Part shown: positions 35,886-46,900 of the stretch, piece by piece | Layout of the letters: each line of letters opens with the position of its first letter | Position numbering within the stretch: the first letter of the stretch is position 1 | Assembly (NCBI GenBank): GCA_030584065.1 | Contig: CP129489.1 | Coordinates: forward strand, 130,797 to 194,796 | DNA: 64,000 bases | Direction: 5' to 3' | Source of the DNA: Flavobacteriales bacterium | GTDB lineage: Bacteria > Bacteroidota > Bacteroidia > Flavobacteriales_F > PHOS-HE28 | Translations under genes and position numbers: made by a program | Notes under the pieces: generated by a model | What the model saw: only the letters and a program-made list of their open reading frames with translations | Database searches by the model: none | Told to the model about the DNA's origin: nothing

Positions 35886-36887
35886 ATGCGCTCAGCGCTG
35901 CTACCATTTGGACTTATGCTGCTCGTGCTGCCCATGCGCGCCCAGAACCTCGTGCCCAACTGGAGCTTCGAGGAGATCAGCAGTTGCCCGCAATACGAAG
36001 GCGATATCGAGAAGGCCATCGGATGGTTTGCCTTCAGAGGCGAGTATTCCTGCGACCTCTATCATGTGTGCGGACATCCCGATTCGTGCGGAGTGCCGAT
36101 CAATTTTGTGGGTGAGCAGCTGCCTGCCAGTGGCCAGGCGTACGCTGGCATCATCACATTCAGTGAGGATGACGGCTGGCCTTGGTACTTGAGAGAGTGG
36201 ATAGGTACGCAGTTGACGAGCCCATTAGAGGTTGGGACCACGTACTATGCTTCGCTCAAGGTCAATCTCACCCTGGGTTGGGGCACAGGATGGCCAGCAC
36301 TAGATAGAGTCCTCTTCGCTAACGATCACATCGGTTTGCTCTTCACCATGAACCAATGGCTTCAGGATGACTTTGATGCCGTGCCGGGTTATGCCCAAGT
36401 GTATGGTACTGAAGTGGTTGAGGACACGGTAGGCTGGACGGTAATCAGCGGCAGTTTCGTGGCCGACAGCGCCTACCGGTACGTGGTGGTGGGCAACTTC
36501 TTCAGCGACGAAGAGACCAACTGGTCGCTGATGGACCCCAATGGCACGAATAACCTGACCTATTACTTCATCGACGATGTGTGCGTCTCACCGGATTCGC
36601 AGTATTGCGCCATTGCTTCTGGTTTGGCGATCAGGCCGCAGCAAGGGTTCAGGATTTGGAGTGACCCCTCCAGTGGCTCCTTGCACGCGGCCGGGCTTCA
36701 GGTGCTCGATGTACGGCACATTTCGGTGGTGGATGCGCTAGGAAGAACAGTTGCAGTGCCACCGGCAGTGACAGGCTCGGATACTTGGAGCGTCTCGGTG
36801 AGCACATGGGCGAGTGGTGCATACATCGTGGTGGCTGAACGCGATGATGGCAGTCGAATAGCTGAGCGCGTGTTCCTCGGTCGGTAA
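35886..36887 (+). CDS. Secreted protein with T9SS CTD (NLVPNxSFE-type N-terminal domain)
   Basis: Signal peptide MRSALLPFGLMLLVLPMRAQ; QNLVPNWSFEEISSCP motif common in Bacteroidota surface proteins; CTD-like tail ...GSLHAAGLQVLDVRHISVVDALGRTV...GAYIVVAERDDG. Confidence 0.8.
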   Translation: MRSALLPFGLMLLVLPMRAQNLVPNWSFEEISSCPQYEGDIEKAIGWFAFRGEYSCDLYHVCGHPDSCGVPINFVGEQLPASGQAYAGIITFSEDDGWPWYLREWIGTQLTSPLEVGTTYYASLKVNLTLGWGTGWPALDRVLFANDHIGLLFTMNQWLQDDFDAVPGYAQVYGTEVVEDTVGWTVISGSFVADSAYRYVVVGNFFSDEETNWSLMDPNGTNNLTYYFIDDVCVSPDSQYCAIASGLAIRPQQGFRIWSDPSSGSLHAAGLQVLDVRHISVVDALGRTVAVPPAVTGSDTWSVSVSTWASGAYIVVAERDDGSRIAERVFLGR

Positions 36888-36897
36888 ACCGAGAAAA

Positions 36898-39360
36898 ATG
36901 AGACAGACACATCGAGCGTGGACCCTGGCACTGGGTTTCTGCGCGATGACGACGTGGGCAACCGCGCAGTTGTTCACCAATGTCACTGCAGGATGGTGGC
37001 GCACCAACCCGGCCAATCCCAACATTGGACGGGGCTTGGCAATCGGGAATCTGACGACCACCCCGTATCCAGCAGCCTTCCAGGTTCATGGGGATTTGAC
37101 CGCCACGCAAACGGGCGAGGTATTCCGCACCAATGCGTCCCAGGCCATTCTTGGTGTGCCGAACCCCACGTTCTGGCGGATGTTCCATGGCGGTAGCACA
37201 CCCGATTTCGAGCGAGGGCAGTTCTTCGCGGAGCCGGCTGCGCAGAACGGGTTGTTCCAATTCAACATCAATGCGCCGACCGGGCACTTGCAGCTGCATA
37301 CCCAGAACGTGCAAAGAGCGCGGCTGAATGGGAATGTGACCAGCGACATGGGGCCGAGCACCGCGCCGCCCTTCACCAATGTGAATCGCGATGGCTTCTT
37401 CGCGCTCAGCGGCACTGCCGATGCCGTCGCCAACCCGACGAGCCGCGCGCCTTTCACGCGGCTGCATCTGGTGGATAATGCCGTGAGCGCCAATGACCCC
37501 ACGGTGTATGCGCAGCAGCATGGCTTCCGGCCCTGGCAGCGCAATGGTGTCACCTTCACCGGCAACAGCGACCAGAGTTACATCGGGCACCGCTACGCGG
37601 GGAATGACAACACCGATTTCGTGATCCAATGGAGCGATAACCCGAACGGGAGCCCATGGGGCACGGATCGGATGCGCTTCGTGTTCACCACTCAGTTCAA
37701 CCCAGCCAATACCCGCGGCGCCACCTCGGTGGAGGGCTTGGAAGCCATCCGCCTCTGGCCGCGAGACAATTTCCGCGTGAACGTGGGCATCGGTGATTTC
37801 TTCGCCGGGAATCAGTTGACCCCCGCGACGGTCACGGACCCCACGGAGCGCCTGGACATCCTCAATGGCCGTATGCGCATCAGGCAGCTGCCGGATGATT
37901 CAGCAGCGGTCGATTCCTTCTACGTGATGGTGGTGGACCGCACCGTGCTAACGGAGGACAATCAGGAGCGCGGCGTGGTGAAGTGGGTGGATCCATCAGC
38001 GCTCGGCGGCGGTGGAGCTGATTGCGATTGGACCGTGGAGAATGACGGCACCTCCGGGCCTGGGGTATCGCACAACGTCTATACGGCTGTAGGCGTCAGC
38101 GACGATTGCCCGGATGGTGAGGATCGCGTTGGCATCGGCACGGCGACGCCTGGAGCGAAGCTGCATGTGAGAAAGGGTGTACTCATAGACCCGGGCACGG
38201 ACCATGCGGCCTTGCTGCACAACACGACAGGAGCCATCATGTCAATCGGTGCCGAGGGGTGGGCCGATGGCGGGGTGCATAACATCGGTGTGCATGGCCT
38301 GGCGGAGAATAGCTCCAGGCTGTACGGCGTATGGGGCGTTGCGCGCAATGGGGGCGGTGGTGCCTACGGAGTCAGGGCTGAAGCATACGCATCCCCGACA
38401 CCGATTGGCGTCTCGGCCTTGGCTCTAGGCGGTGGCACCACAACCGGCATGCAATCTCAGGCGAGCGGAGGCACCAACTTCAATCGAGGTGTTTTGGCTT
38501 CAGCAACTGGCGGTCAGGAAGCCATGGGCCTTTACGGATTCGCTTCGCTGGGCACTTCCTCGAACTACGGGGTCTTTGGACAAGCAACGGGCACCAACGC
38601 TTGGGCAGGCTGGTTTGACGGCGACGTGAAGATCACGAGCACCTTGACCGTCAATACGACCGTTTACACCTCCGACGGATCGCTCAAGACCGGGATCGAA
38701 CCGGCCCCATCGTGCCTGCCGATCATCGATGCCTTGCAGCCCAAGACCTACCGGTTCACTCAAGCAGCAACCGACGCGCTGAACCTTGATTCGGACCAGC
38801 ATGTGGGCCTGATTGCCCAGGAGCTGGAAGGGGTGCTCCCGACCCTGGTGCACGAGGTCAGAATGCCAGCGAGGTTCGACTCGTTGGGCAACATGGTTTC
38901 GAATCAATGGAGCTATAAGGGTGTGGACTACGTCTCGTTGATCCCTTACTTGATCGGTGCTGTGAAGGAGTTGTCGGCTCAGCATGCAAGCATGCAGCAG
39001 CAGCTCGCAGCCTGCTGCACCGCCCCGCCCACGGATAGCGACCAGCGGAGCGGCGCCATCGGAACCGGTGCTACGGAGGAGCAACTCACCCTGGCCCAGG
39101 AGCGCCTGCTGCGCATCGCGCCCAACCCCTTCGCCGACCGCACCACGCTCTATTGCACCCTGGAGCGCGCGGGCCGCATGCAGCTGCTGGCCAACAGCGC
39201 CGATGGCCGCGACCTGCGGGTGCTGGCGGAAGGCCAGCGTGAAGCCGGTGAATTCCAGCTGGAGTGGAGCACCGCCCACCTGGCGCCCGGCATGTACTAT
39301 GTGACCCTGCTCCTCGATGGGGAGCCTGTGGTGAAGCGGGCCGTGAAGGTGCGGGAATGA
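36898..39360 (+). CDS. Tail-fibre-like surface protein: Gly-rich beta-helix-like repeats + Peptidase_S74 intramolecular chaperone domain + T9SS CTD
   Basis: Signal peptide; repeated GV.G.A units; S74 block TSDGSLKTGIEP...VGLIAQELEGVLPTLV...VDYVSLIPYLIGAVKEL (about 38671-39020); CTD LLRIAPNPFADRTTLYC...GMYYVTLLLDG. Confidence 0.85.
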   Translation: MRQTHRAWTLALGFCAMTTWATAQLFTNVTAGWWRTNPANPNIGRGLAIGNLTTTPYPAAFQVHGDLTATQTGEVFRTNASQAILGVPNPTFWRMFHGGSTPDFERGQFFAEPAAQNGLFQFNINAPTGHLQLHTQNVQRARLNGNVTSDMGPSTAPPFTNVNRDGFFALSGTADAVANPTSRAPFTRLHLVDNAVSANDPTVYAQQHGFRPWQRNGVTFTGNSDQSYIGHRYAGNDNTDFVIQWSDNPNGSPWGTDRMRFVFTTQFNPANTRGATSVEGLEAIRLWPRDNFRVNVGIGDFFAGNQLTPATVTDPTERLDILNGRMRIRQLPDDSAAVDSFYVMVVDRTVLTEDNQERGVVKWVDPSALGGGGADCDWTVENDGTSGPGVSHNVYTAVGVSDDCPDGEDRVGIGTATPGAKLHVRKGVLIDPGTDHAALLHNTTGAIMSIGAEGWADGGVHNIGVHGLAENSSRLYGVWGVARNGGGGAYGVRAEAYASPTPIGVSALALGGGTTTGMQSQASGGTNFNRGVLASATGGQEAMGLYGFASLGTSSNYGVFGQATGTNAWAGWFDGDVKITSTLTVNTTVYTSDGSLKTGIEPAPSCLPIIDALQPKTYRFTQAATDALNLDSDQHVGLIAQELEGVLPTLVHEVRMPARFDSLGNMVSNQWSYKGVDYVSLIPYLIGAVKELSAQHASMQQQLAACCTAPPTDSDQRSGAIGTGATEEQLTLAQERLLRIAPNPFADRTTLYCTLERAGRMQLLANSADGRDLRVLAEGQREAGEFQLEWSTAHLAPGMYYVTLLLDGEPVVKRAVKVRE

Positions 39361-39381
39361 TCCCGGCCTGCATGGCCTGGG

Positions 39382-39409
39382 AAGGGGTCCGGCTTCGGCC
39401 GGGCCCCTT
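39382..39409. terminator. Bidirectional terminator hairpin with UUCG loop
   Basis: AAGGGGTCCGGC-TTCG-GCCGGGCCCCTT, 12-bp stem with one mismatch, between convergent genes; followed by TTTCAATT. Confidence 0.65.
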
Positions 39410-40447
39410 TCAATTCCCCAGCACGCCGCACAGGTGCCACAGCACGCGCGCACCCACGTTGGCGTCCCACTCGTCGGTGCCCGGGCTCACCTCCACCAGG
39501 TCGAAGCCGATGACGGTGCGCTTGGCGGCGAGGCGCGAGAGCAGGTAGGTGGCCTCCTCGAATTGCAGGCCGCCGGGCACGGGCGTTCCGGTGTTGGGGC
39601 ACAGCGTGGGGTCGAGCCCATCGATGTCGAAGCTGATGTGCACCTTCTCGGGCAGGGCGGCGATGATGGCCTCGCACTGGTCCTTCCAGGTGGCGCCGGC
39701 GTATTGCAGGGCGCGCAGGTCGGCGCTGCGCACGATGCGCACGCGGTCCTTGGCGGCGAGGAAGACCTCGTTCTCCTGCTGGCAGAAGTCGCGGATGCCC
39801 ACGCTCACGATGCGCTCCAGCTGCGGGATGGCCAGCGCGTTGTGCATGATGCTGGCGTGGCTGTAGGCGAAGCCCTCGTAGGCGATGCGCAGGTCGAGGT
39901 GGGCATCGATGTGCAGGATGCCGAACTTCTTATGGCGCTTGGCCTGGGCGCGGAAGAGGCCCAGCGGCGTGCTGTGGTCGCCGCCCACGAGGCCCACGCG
40001 CTTGCCCTGGTCCATCCAGTGGCCGCAGCGCTCCTCCACCCATTCGTTCATCACGGCGCACTCCTCGTTGATCAGCTGCAGGGCCTTTTGCGCCCGCGCC
40101 TTCCGCTTGGCGCCGGGCCGGCCCACCAGGGCGTCCATCACCTCGGCGGCGCGCTTCTTCAGCGCATCGCTCTGCTGCAGGAGTGCCCCGGGCGCCTCGT
40201 CCATGGCGATGCCGCGCTTCCACAGCTCAGGGAACTCGGGGTGGAAGAGGTCCACCTGGAGGCTGGCCTGCCGGATGGCCTCGGGGCCCCGCGAGGTGCC
40301 GCCGCCGTAGCTGGTGGTCACCTCCCAGGGCACGGGCACCAGCACGATGTCGGCCTCCGCGCAGGTGAAGGGCAGTCCGTAGAGCTGGGCATCGGGATCG
40401 CCCGGGCTGTTGGGGTCGAACGACTTGATCTTGCTCGCTTTGCTCAT
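39410..40447 (-). CDS. Agmatinase/arginase (ureohydrolase) family protein
   Basis: Mn-site motifs GGDHSTPLG, DAHLDLR, SFDIDGLDP. Confidence 0.9.
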   Translation of the reverse strand: MSKASKIKSFDPNSPGDPDAQLYGLPFTCAEADIVLVPVPWEVTTSYGGGTSRGPEAIRQASLQVDLFHPEFPELWKRGIAMDEAPGALLQQSDALKKRAAEVMDALVGRPGAKRKARAQKALQLINEECAVMNEWVEERCGHWMDQGKRVGLVGGDHSTPLGLFRAQAKRHKKFGILHIDAHLDLRIAYEGFAYSHASIMHNALAIPQLERIVSVGIRDFCQQENEVFLAAKDRVRIVRSADLRALQYAGATWKDQCEAIIAALPEKVHISFDIDGLDPTLCPNTGTPVPGGLQFEEATYLLSRLAAKRTVIGFDLVEVSPGTDEWDANVGARVLWHLCGVLGN

Positions 40448-40522
40448 GCCGCCAAGGTAGGCACCCCGCCCGGCTGGGCCTGAAACCCTTACCTTCGCGG
40501 GCCTTTTTCAAGCGCTTCCCCC

Positions 40523-42340
40523 ATGCTGGACCTCCGCAACATCGCCATCATCGCCCACGTCGACCACGGTAAGACCACCTTGGTGGACAAGATCCTCCAT
40601 CAGTGCCAGCTCTTCCGGGTGAACGAGGAGGTGAAGGAACTCCTCCTGGACAACAACGACCTGGAGCGTGAGCGGGGCATCACCATCCTCAGCAAGAACG
40701 TGAGCGTCCGCTACAAGGGCGTGAAGATCAACATCATCGACACCCCGGGCCACAGCGACTTCGGCGGCGAGGTGGAGCGCGTGCTGAACATGGCCGATGG
40801 CGTGATCCTGCTGGTGGATGCCTTCGAGGGCCCCATGCCGCAGACGCGCTTCGTGCTGGGCAAGGCCATCGAACTCGGCCTGAAGCCGGTGGTGGTGATC
40901 AACAAGGTGGACAAGCCGAACTGCACGCCCGAGGAGGTGCACGAGGCCGTGTTCGACCTGATGTTCGCCCTCGATGCCAGCGAGGACCAGCTGAATTTCC
41001 CGGTGGTCTATGGCTCGGGCAAGGGCGGCTGGATGGGCCCCGACTACAAGAATCCCACGGAGGATGTGAGCTACCTGCTGGATGTGATCGTGGACCAGGT
41101 GCCCGCCCCGCGGCAGGTGGAGGGCACCCTGCAGATGCGCATCACCAGCCTCGACTACAGCAGCTTCCAGGGAAGGATCGCCGTGGGCCGCATCACGCGC
41201 GGCAGCATCAAGCCGGGCCAGCACGTGACCCTGGTGAAGAACGACGGCACCCAGCAGAAGGGCCAGGTGAAGGAACTGATGGTCTTCGAGGGCCTCGGCA
41301 AGGAGAAGGTGAAGCACGAAGTGGGCTGCGGCGAGATCGTGGCCGTGATGGGGCTGGAGAACTTCGACATCGGCGACACCGTGGCGGATGCGGAGAATCC
41401 CGAGGGCCTGCCCAAGTTCAAGGTGGATGAGCCCACCATGAGCATGCTCTTCACCGTGAACAACTCGCCCTTCTTCGGGCGCGAAGGCCAGTTCGTCACC
41501 AGCCGCCACGTGCGCGACCGCCTCTTCAAGGAGATCGAGAAGAACCTGGCCATGCGCATCCAGGAGACCGACAGCCCCGACCGCCTCCTGGTGTTCGGCC
41601 GCGGCATCCTGCACCTGAGCATCCTGGTGGAGACCATGCGCCGCGAGGGCTATGAATTCCAGCTGGGCCAGCCCCAGGTGCTGTACAAGGAGGTGGATGG
41701 CGAGCGTCACGAGCCTATCGAGATGCTCACCGTGCAGGTGCCCGAGCAGTTCAGCAGCCGGGTGATCGACAACGTGACGCGCCGCAAGGGCGAGATCCTC
41801 AACATCGAGCAGAAGAGCGACCGCACGGTGCTCGAGTTCAGCATCCCCGCGCGCGGCATCATCGGCCTGCGCAACGTGCTGCTCACCGCCACCGAGGGCG
41901 AGGCCATCATCGCGCACCGCTTCAAGGGCTACGAGCCTTTCAAGGGCCAGATCGCCACGCCGCGCCCCGGCTGCATCGTGAGCGCCGAGACCGGCACGGC
42001 CATCGCCTACGCCATCGACAAGCTGCAGGACCGCGGCAAGTTCTTCATCGAGCCCGGCGAGGAGGTGTACGCCGGCCAGGTGATCGGCGAGAGCCCCAAG
42101 CCCGGTGAGGAGCTCGGCGTGAACGTGATCCGGGTGAAGAAGCTCACCAACATGCGCGCCAGCGGCAGCGACGACAAGGTGAGCATCGCTCCCGCCGTGA
42201 AGTTCAGCCTGGAGGAGTGCATGGAGTACATCGCCGAGGATGAGTACCTGGAGGTGACGCCCAAGAGCCTGCGCATCCGCAAGATCCTGCTCGACGAGAA
42301 CGAGCGGAAGCGCGCGGCGAAGAAGCTGCAGGAGGCGTAG
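40523..42340 (+). CDS. typA: Translational GTPase TypA/BipA
   Basis: [27 protein letters not shown]; full-length 605 aa BipA architecture. Confidence 0.97.
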   Translation: MLDLRNIAIIAHVDHGKTTLVDKILHQCQLFRVNEEVKELLLDNNDLERERGITILSKNVSVRYKGVKINIIDTPGHSDFGGEVERVLNMADGVILLVDAFEGPMPQTRFVLGKAIELGLKPVVVINKVDKPNCTPEEVHEAVFDLMFALDASEDQLNFPVVYGSGKGGWMGPDYKNPTEDVSYLLDVIVDQVPAPRQVEGTLQMRITSLDYSSFQGRIAVGRITRGSIKPGQHVTLVKNDGTQQKGQVKELMVFEGLGKEKVKHEVGCGEIVAVMGLENFDIGDTVADAENPEGLPKFKVDEPTMSMLFTVNNSPFFGREGQFVTSRHVRDRLFKEIEKNLAMRIQETDSPDRLLVFGRGILHLSILVETMRREGYEFQLGQPQVLYKEVDGERHEPIEMLTVQVPEQFSSRVIDNVTRRKGEILNIEQKSDRTVLEFSIPARGIIGLRNVLLTATEGEAIIAHRFKGYEPFKGQIATPRPGCIVSAETGTAIAYAIDKLQDRGKFFIEPGEEVYAGQVIGESPKPGEELGVNVIRVKKLTNMRASGSDDKVSIAPAVKFSLEECMEYIAEDEYLEVTPKSLRIRKILLDENERKRAAKKLQEA

Positions 42341-42382
42341 GGCGACCTGCGCACCCCGTGCTGAAGTGCCCGATGGCACTCA

Positions 42383-42793
42383 TCACTGCTTGCGCTTCCC
42401 AGGGAACCAGCTGGGCAGAGCCTGTTCAAGCGCTTGCCAGTCTGAGGCATCGTACTTGGTGCGCAGGGTCTTGCGGCCGTTTGAGGTGTCGAACTCCCAC
42501 AGGATAGCGTCCCATTCCGTGTAGTGTCCGCTGACGAACCGGTACGACAGCACGTCGTCAGCGCTGAATGAAACGGTCCTGAGCGCGGGCCGGAAGGGAT
42601 AGATGATCTTGATGGCAGTCGGCGTGATCGTGACCCGCTTCAGAGACAGGAACTGGTAGAGCGCGATCGGCAGCATGGCTGCACTGAGCGCAGGATGTTG
42701 AGCTTGGAGGAGGACTGCGCCGAAGAACAGCGCCAGCCCGGCATTCATGGCCAGGCCGAAGTAGTTCGCACGCAGGGTCAGCACAGGTGTCAC
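42383..42793 (-). CDS. Small membrane protein (2 TM + soluble C-terminal part), unknown function
   Basis: GTG at 42793 overlaps the upstream TGA (GTGA); alternative ATG at 42748; more A/T-rich than neighbours by eye. Confidence 0.5.
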   Translation of the reverse strand: MTPVLTLRANYFGLAMNAGLALFFGAVLLQAQHPALSAAMLPIALYQFLSLKRVTITPTAIKIIYPFRPALRTVSFSADDVLSYRFVSGHYTEWDAILWEFDTSNGRKTLRTKYDASDWQALEQALPSWFPGKRKQ

Positions 42794-43803
42794 TTCGCGA
42801 TCACCACGCGCGCGGCGCGGGCTCCATCGATGCGTATGCAATAGACCCCGGTATCCAGGAAGCCCATGTCCATTCCGCTGTTGCCCGCGAGCTGCGACTG
42901 ATGGAGCAGATGCCCCATGCCGTCGAACACCTCGATCACCGCATTCGGCCCGCTCAGGCCATCGATGCGGATCGGACCGCAGGTCGGATTCGGAAGGATC
43001 CGCAGTTGCCCGTCGGTACGCTCGTTCATCCCCATGCTCCCTTCCATCAACCACCCGAGCGCGTCCCGGATGTGCGCCCGGAACAGCGCATCGCTGGTGT
43101 AGTTCTCCGCGGCATGCCCCAGCGCCGTGTAGAACACGCGTGAGCCGTTGGGAAGCATCCGGTACCAGCTCATCGGGCGCGGCGCGTCGTAGCTGTTCAC
43201 CTGTCCGTTGGGCCCCACGGTCTGCTCCACCCGCAGCACCTCCACGTTGTCCGGTCCGTAGTAGCCGCCTTCCCAGTAGTAGTACTCTTCGTTCTTCACC
43301 CACGGATCCGGCAGGTTCACGGTGCTGGCATGCGCGCCTATTAGCTCCATGGCATATTCCGGCGTACCGGCCACATGGTTGGGACTTTCCTGCACGCTGG
43401 CCCCGATCAACTCGGCATAGAAGTCCCAGGTGCCGGTGTTGCCGCCGTTGGCCGTGCTGTGGCGGTAGGTGTCGCTGGCCGCGTGGATGCCCATCACATG
43501 GCCGCCATTGGCCACCCATTCCTCGAAGTTGGCACGCTGCTGCGCGCTAAGGATGGCGTTGCCACTCGTGTTGCCGAAAATGATGACATGGTACTCGGCC
43601 AGGGTCACCGGGTCGCTGAAGGAATCGCCGGTCGCGTCGTCATCCACCGCGGCGCCCAGTTCCTGCGCGATGGACTGGAACAGGGCAAAGGAGACCGCAC
43701 GCGTGCCGTGATCATAGCCTGAGGTGCGGGTGAAGTGCAGGATGCGCGGCTGGGCGGAGGCCACGGTGCCGAGCAGCCAGGCGGAGACAAGGAGCGATCG
43801 CAT
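42790..43803 (-). CDS. ThuA-domain protein with T9SS CTD
   Basis: Signal peptide MRSLLVSAWLLGTVASA; ThuA-like ILHFTRTSGYDHG...GGHVMGIHAASD; CTD LRILPNPTCGPIRI...GVYCIRIDG. Confidence 0.8.
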   Translation of the reverse strand: MRSLLVSAWLLGTVASAQPRILHFTRTSGYDHGTRAVSFALFQSIAQELGAAVDDDATGDSFSDPVTLAEYHVIIFGNTSGNAILSAQQRANFEEWVANGGHVMGIHAASDTYRHSTANGGNTGTWDFYAELIGASVQESPNHVAGTPEYAMELIGAHASTVNLPDPWVKNEEYYYWEGGYYGPDNVEVLRVEQTVGPNGQVNSYDAPRPMSWYRMLPNGSRVFYTALGHAAENYTSDALFRAHIRDALGWLMEGSMGMNERTDGQLRILPNPTCGPIRIDGLSGPNAVIEVFDGMGHLLHQSQLAGNSGMDMGFLDTGVYCIRIDGARAARVVIAK

Positions 43804-43910
43804 GCCCGAAGGTATTCGGCCAGGGCCTGCGGGGCGGCAGCTGGACCGGGAAACGGGGCACGCGCAGGCCGCTGGGCTGTTGGGCGTATGGGCATAGCTT
43901 CGCCCGAAGC

Positions 43911-46900
43911 ATGCGCTGGCTTCCTGCGTGGTTCGTCCTCCTGCTTGCTCATCACCTTGCTCACAGCCAAGGCGGAGCGCATTTCGAATCGCTCCATGTG
44001 CCCGGCATCGAGGACGCCGTGGTGCGTACGGCTGCGGTGGACCGTTTCGGTGCCTTATGGCTGGGGACCAATCGCGGTGTGCACCGGTTCGATGGCTCGC
44101 GCACGGAATCCTACCTGAACGATCCGCTGGACAGCCTTTCGCTCCCCGATGACGTGGTGCATCAATTGGTGTTGGCGCCTGACGGCGCTGTCTGGGCCGC
44201 CACCTTCGGAGGTGCGTGGCGCATCGATCCGCTCAGCGGTGAGCGCAGGAGGCTGCCCTTGGTACGCCGCGATGGAACCACCGGCTCCTACGAATGCACC
44301 GAGCTGTTGTGGTCTGCTGATGGCACCCTGTGGGCCTTCTGCAACCGTTCTGGCCTCGCCCGCCTGGACCCGACGGGTGATCGTTTGTCCGTGCAAGGAC
44401 TTCCGGAGGTGGCCATGGCACGCGGTGGCCATGTGGATGCAGACGGCGTTGTTTGGCTCGCCGACCGCCAGTCCCTGGGTGCATTCGATCCCCGGTCGGG
44501 CACGTGGGTCAAGCATCCATACCGCCACGGCGGGTCATCCGCACCACCGAAGACACTGCTGCTGGATGTGCTGCCGGATGTGCATGACCCGAGCGCGCTC
44601 TGGTGCACCTCGTGGGGTTTGGGCCTGGTGCGTTTCGACCGCAGGAGCGGCGCCTTCGACCGGCAGGCGGTCCGCGCACCGCCGTTGAGCGACCTGGTCA
44701 ACATCACGCCGCATGCGGTGCAGCGGGGCCGCGGGACCTGGTGGTGCAACATGGATGGCCATCTCGTTGAGGTGGATGCCAGCGCAGGCACGATACGCGA
44801 CCTGCCGATGCCCGGTGAGGCCTCGGTCCCTGACCTCACCCTGCTCGCAGACCTGGCCGGGGTAGGGGTCTTGGCCGGATCACCGGGCGTGGTGCACCTG
44901 CACATGCCGGGTAGAGAGGAGCTTCAGCCCGTGGCGGCCACCGCACTTTCGGCGAATACCCACATCGCGCCGGCCTCACTGGATGATGGCTATTGGATCG
45001 TTCGCTTCTACGCGGACCGCGAGGTCATGCACCTTGATGCCGACGGACGCCTCATTGAACGTGTCCCACTGCCAGCCGAGGACCGCCCCTATGAGGCTTT
45101 CCGCGTGATGCAGGATGCCCGAGGCCGCGTCTGGCTGGCGTCGGATCATGGTCTTCTGCGCTATCGGCCCGGAAGTGGTGCGATCGAGCAGGTCCAGGTG
45201 GAGGGAATGGGCGTGGATACTCCGAGACCCAATGTGCTTGACCTGCATGAAGGACCGGATGGGGCAACGTGGGCTGCACTGGGCCAGGATGGTCTGCTCC
45301 GGTGTGACCCGGAGGATGGCGGTGGCCGCTGCTTCCGGCCCCCAGTGGGCGGTGATGGGGGTGCGTCGCAGGTGATCGGCATTGAACGGTATGAAACGGA
45401 CCGCCTCCTGGTGGATCTTGGTCCCGATGGGCCGGCGCTGTTCAACATGGCCTCGGGAGCATTCGAGCTAGTGTGCGGTCCCCGAACGCCCAAGGCGCAG
45501 TTCAGGGCCTCAATGGGCCTCTTGGCGGATGATGCAGGCCGCATCTACGCCCTTTCCCGCAGCCACGGGGTCATCCGGATGCATCGCGATCACGATGGGG
45601 CCTGGTCGATCGAGCGGCGCTGGTTGCCGCCGGAACGGCCCTATTTCGAGTCGGCGGTGAAGGATGCGCGAGGCCGGCTCTGGTTGCTGGCCGGGCGCGC
45701 CTGCTACCTGCTCGATCCCGACACGGAGATCCTGGTCCGGCTCGATCCGCTTCATGGTTTCGCCGCCGTGGTGCACGGCCTGGCGCAAGGCCATGATGGC
45801 GGGATCCTGATCGATTCAGAGGGATGGAAGCGCGTGCGGGCATTCGAACCGTCGCACCCTGAGGCGTGGCTCATGGTGCGCGAGGCCAGGTCCGGTTCCG
45901 ATCCCCTCAGCCTGGTTGCCTTGCAGGCCGATGGGGTGGAGCTGCCGCACACGCGCAACAGCATCCAGCTGGCGTTCGGGGTGGTGGCGCTTTTCGAAGG
46001 GGATGCGTTCACCTACGCCTATCGCATCACACGCGATGGGACGCCCGGCGAATGGGCCGCCCTCGGCCGCCAGCGCTCGTTCAGTCTGCTGGACCTTCGG
46101 CCTGGTGCGTATGAGGTGGACGTGCGGGCCGAGAGCCCATCGTCCAAGCCTGTCGAGGTGCAACTGCGCTTCGTCATCCTGCCGCCCTGGTGGGCACGCT
46201 GGTGGGCGATCGGAACCGGTGCACTGTTGGCCGTGCTGTTCGTGGTGCTGCTCACGCGCATGGTGCTCAACCGGCGGCATCGCGCCCAAGTGCGCGAACT
46301 GGAGCGCGAGCGCGAGCTGGAGCGCGTGCGGATGCGCATCGCGCGCGATATCCACGATGGCATCGGCAGCGGCCTCACCAAGATCACGATGCTCTCGCGG
46401 CAGATGGACGCCTCTGCAGCGCCGCAAGCCGCGCGCATCGCCGAGGCCAGCACCGAGCTCGTGAATGAACTGGGCGAGATCGTCTGGACGGTGGACCCGC
46501 GCAACGACAGCTTCGCTTCCTTCCTGGCCTACGTGCGCAGCATGCTTGGGCGTCAGTTCGAGGACCTGCAGGTGCAGCTGATCGCAGATCTGCGCTGCGC
46601 CGATGCCGACCGCGAGCGTACCATCGGCCCGGAGCTGAAGCGCAACATCCTGCTCGTGCTGAAGGAGGCGGTGAACAATGCGCTCAAGCACAGTGGCGCC
46701 GCGCGCATCGCCGTGCAGCTTCACCTGGGCACGAGCCAGGTCGAGCTCCTGGTGCGCGACAACGGCCACGGATTCGATCCGCAGCGGATCCGGGAAGGCG
46801 CCAACGGGCTGGCCAACTTCAGCAAGCGCGCCGAGGCCTTGGGCGGCGCCGTGAAGGTGGATACGGGCCCTGCGGGCACCACTGTCACGTTTCAGGTGCC

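Noticed and set aside
36898-39360. Prophage or phage-remnant interpretation based on the tail-fibre S74 domain
   Set aside because: There are no capsid, terminase, integrase, baseplate or lysis genes nearby. The protein has a signal peptide and a T9SS CTD, so it is a cellular surface protein that reuses a phage-type domain.
42794-43519. Upstream part of the 378-aa ORF 42383..43519
   Set aside because: It overlaps the ThuA-CTD gene out of frame and has Arg/Gly-rich composition. Only the last 136 codons, after the GTGA junction, look like a real membrane protein.
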